A stretch of 64,000 nucleotides of DNA from the human T2T-CHM13v2.0 reference genome, Homo sapiens: NCBI RefSeq assembly GCF_009914755.1, contig NC_060941.1. The stretch is one strand, 5' to 3'. The stretch's first letter is position 1; every line of letters starts with the position of its first letter. Under the pieces are notes generated by a model, which had not been told where the DNA came from, ran no database searches, and saw nothing but the letters and a program-made list of their open reading frames with translations. This document shows positions 62,323-64,000 of the stretch, piece after piece. The position numbers were made by a program, and so were the translations under genes.

Positions 62323-63639
62323 TGTTGTTTCCAAGTTTAGGATATTTAAAATACAGATTCTACAAATATTCATGTATAGCTTTTGGTGTGAACATGGGCT
62401 TTCATTTCTTTTCATTGTTACCTAGAGTAGAATGGCTGGATCTGATGGTCATGCATATTTAATTTGTAAAGAAAGTTACAAAGTGATTCTGAAAGTGACT
62501 GTACCATTTTCTATCCCAACTATCAGTGTATGAGAGTTTCAGCTGCTCCATCCTGGCTAACCCTTAGTATGCTCAGTCTATAATTTTAGCCATCCCAGTG
62601 GGTGTAGTAATATCTCATTATGGCTTTAAATTACATTTTCCTAATGATTAGTGATATTGATCATCTTTATTACTATTAACAATCTGTATATATAAATACC
62701 CATGATGAGGGGTCTGTTCAAATATTTTGCACTTATATTGTTAGTCTGCTTATTATTAAGTTCCAAGTGTTCTTTATATATTTAACAACATAAATTATTT
62801 TTCAGATACATTTTACAAATATTTTCTTTTAGCCTGTGTGTTGCCTTTACAATTTCTTTTTCTTTTTTCTTTTTTATGCCCTCACTTTAACTTGAGCCTT
62901 TACATTTTCTTGACAATGTATTTTTAAATTTTTTCTGAAGTCTAACTTAAGGTCTTTTCCTTTTACAGTTAAAATTTAAGAAATCTTTGACAAATCCAAG
63001 TTTTCTTCTATGTTTTCTGATGTAAGATTAGCTCTTGTGTTTAGATGAATGATTATCTTGCACTACTTACTGGATATGGTGGGAAGTATATGCCAAAGCT
63101 CACTATTTTTTACATATTGGACGTTCAGTGGTTTCAGGACTATTTATTGAAAATATTATTTATTCTCAATGAATTGCCTTGCTATCTTTGTCAAAAATTA
63201 GTTTATTATATAGGTGTTTGTTTATTTCTGTAATCTCTATTTTGTTCTGTTTTATTAATCATTTTGTCTTTATTGGTTCCAATACCAATACTATCTTTGT
63301 TATTGTGGCTTTATAAAAAAAAGTTTTTCAACTTTGTTCTTTTAAGTTGATTAGCTATGCTAGCTCCTTGGCATTTCCTTATAAATTTTGAAATCAGCTT
63401 ATCAATTTCTTAAAAAAAAACCAGTTGCAATTTTGATTGGAATTGTGTTGAATATAGAGACCAATTTCAGAGAGAACAAAAACTTAAAATTATTAAGCCT
63501 TCTGATTCATGAAAATAAATTACATTGTTCTATTGTCAAATATTAAACCAACCCTGCATTCCTGGAATAAACACCACTTGATCCTAAAATATTACCCTTT
63601 TAATATATTGTTGAATTTAATGTTCTAAAATTGTATTTA

Positions 63640-63970
<331 letters not shown>

Positions 63971-64000
63971 ATTGCATATTAGTGTTCATTCCGTTTGTTT

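Overview
Primate (very probably human/hominoid) AT-rich, repeat-dense genomic DNA with no recognisable protein-coding exon. Essentially all long ORFs in the supplied track are L1, Alu, Tigger1 or THE1 remnants. Main contents: two full-length L1PA6-8-type elements arranged head-to-head about 12 kb apart, an older near-full-length L1PA16/17-type element, a near-complete Tigger1, a complete Hsmar2 mariner with an Alu inserted in its right terminal inverted repeat, two MADE1 MITEs, 13 Alus, several MaLR/ERV LTRs and many L2/MIR/L1M relics. A few repeat-free islands (about 4.3-6.9 kb, 36.5-37.4 kb, 40.4-40.9 kb, 57.3-61.7 kb) carry transcription-factor motif clusters and candidate non-coding exons. 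I see no convincing new multi-gene system. The most unusual signals are small DNA-repair/template-switch scars: a MADE1 whose hairpin tip contains a 21-22 nt copy of an MST LTR lying 2.3 kb upstream, a CpG-rich perfect 28-bp palindrome built by local templated copying inside an old L1, and two fold-back insertions in Tigger1. One L1 also appears to carry a short 3' transduction. Subfamily names come from recalled consensus sequences and need RepeatMasker/Dfam confirmation. I could not identify the locus.
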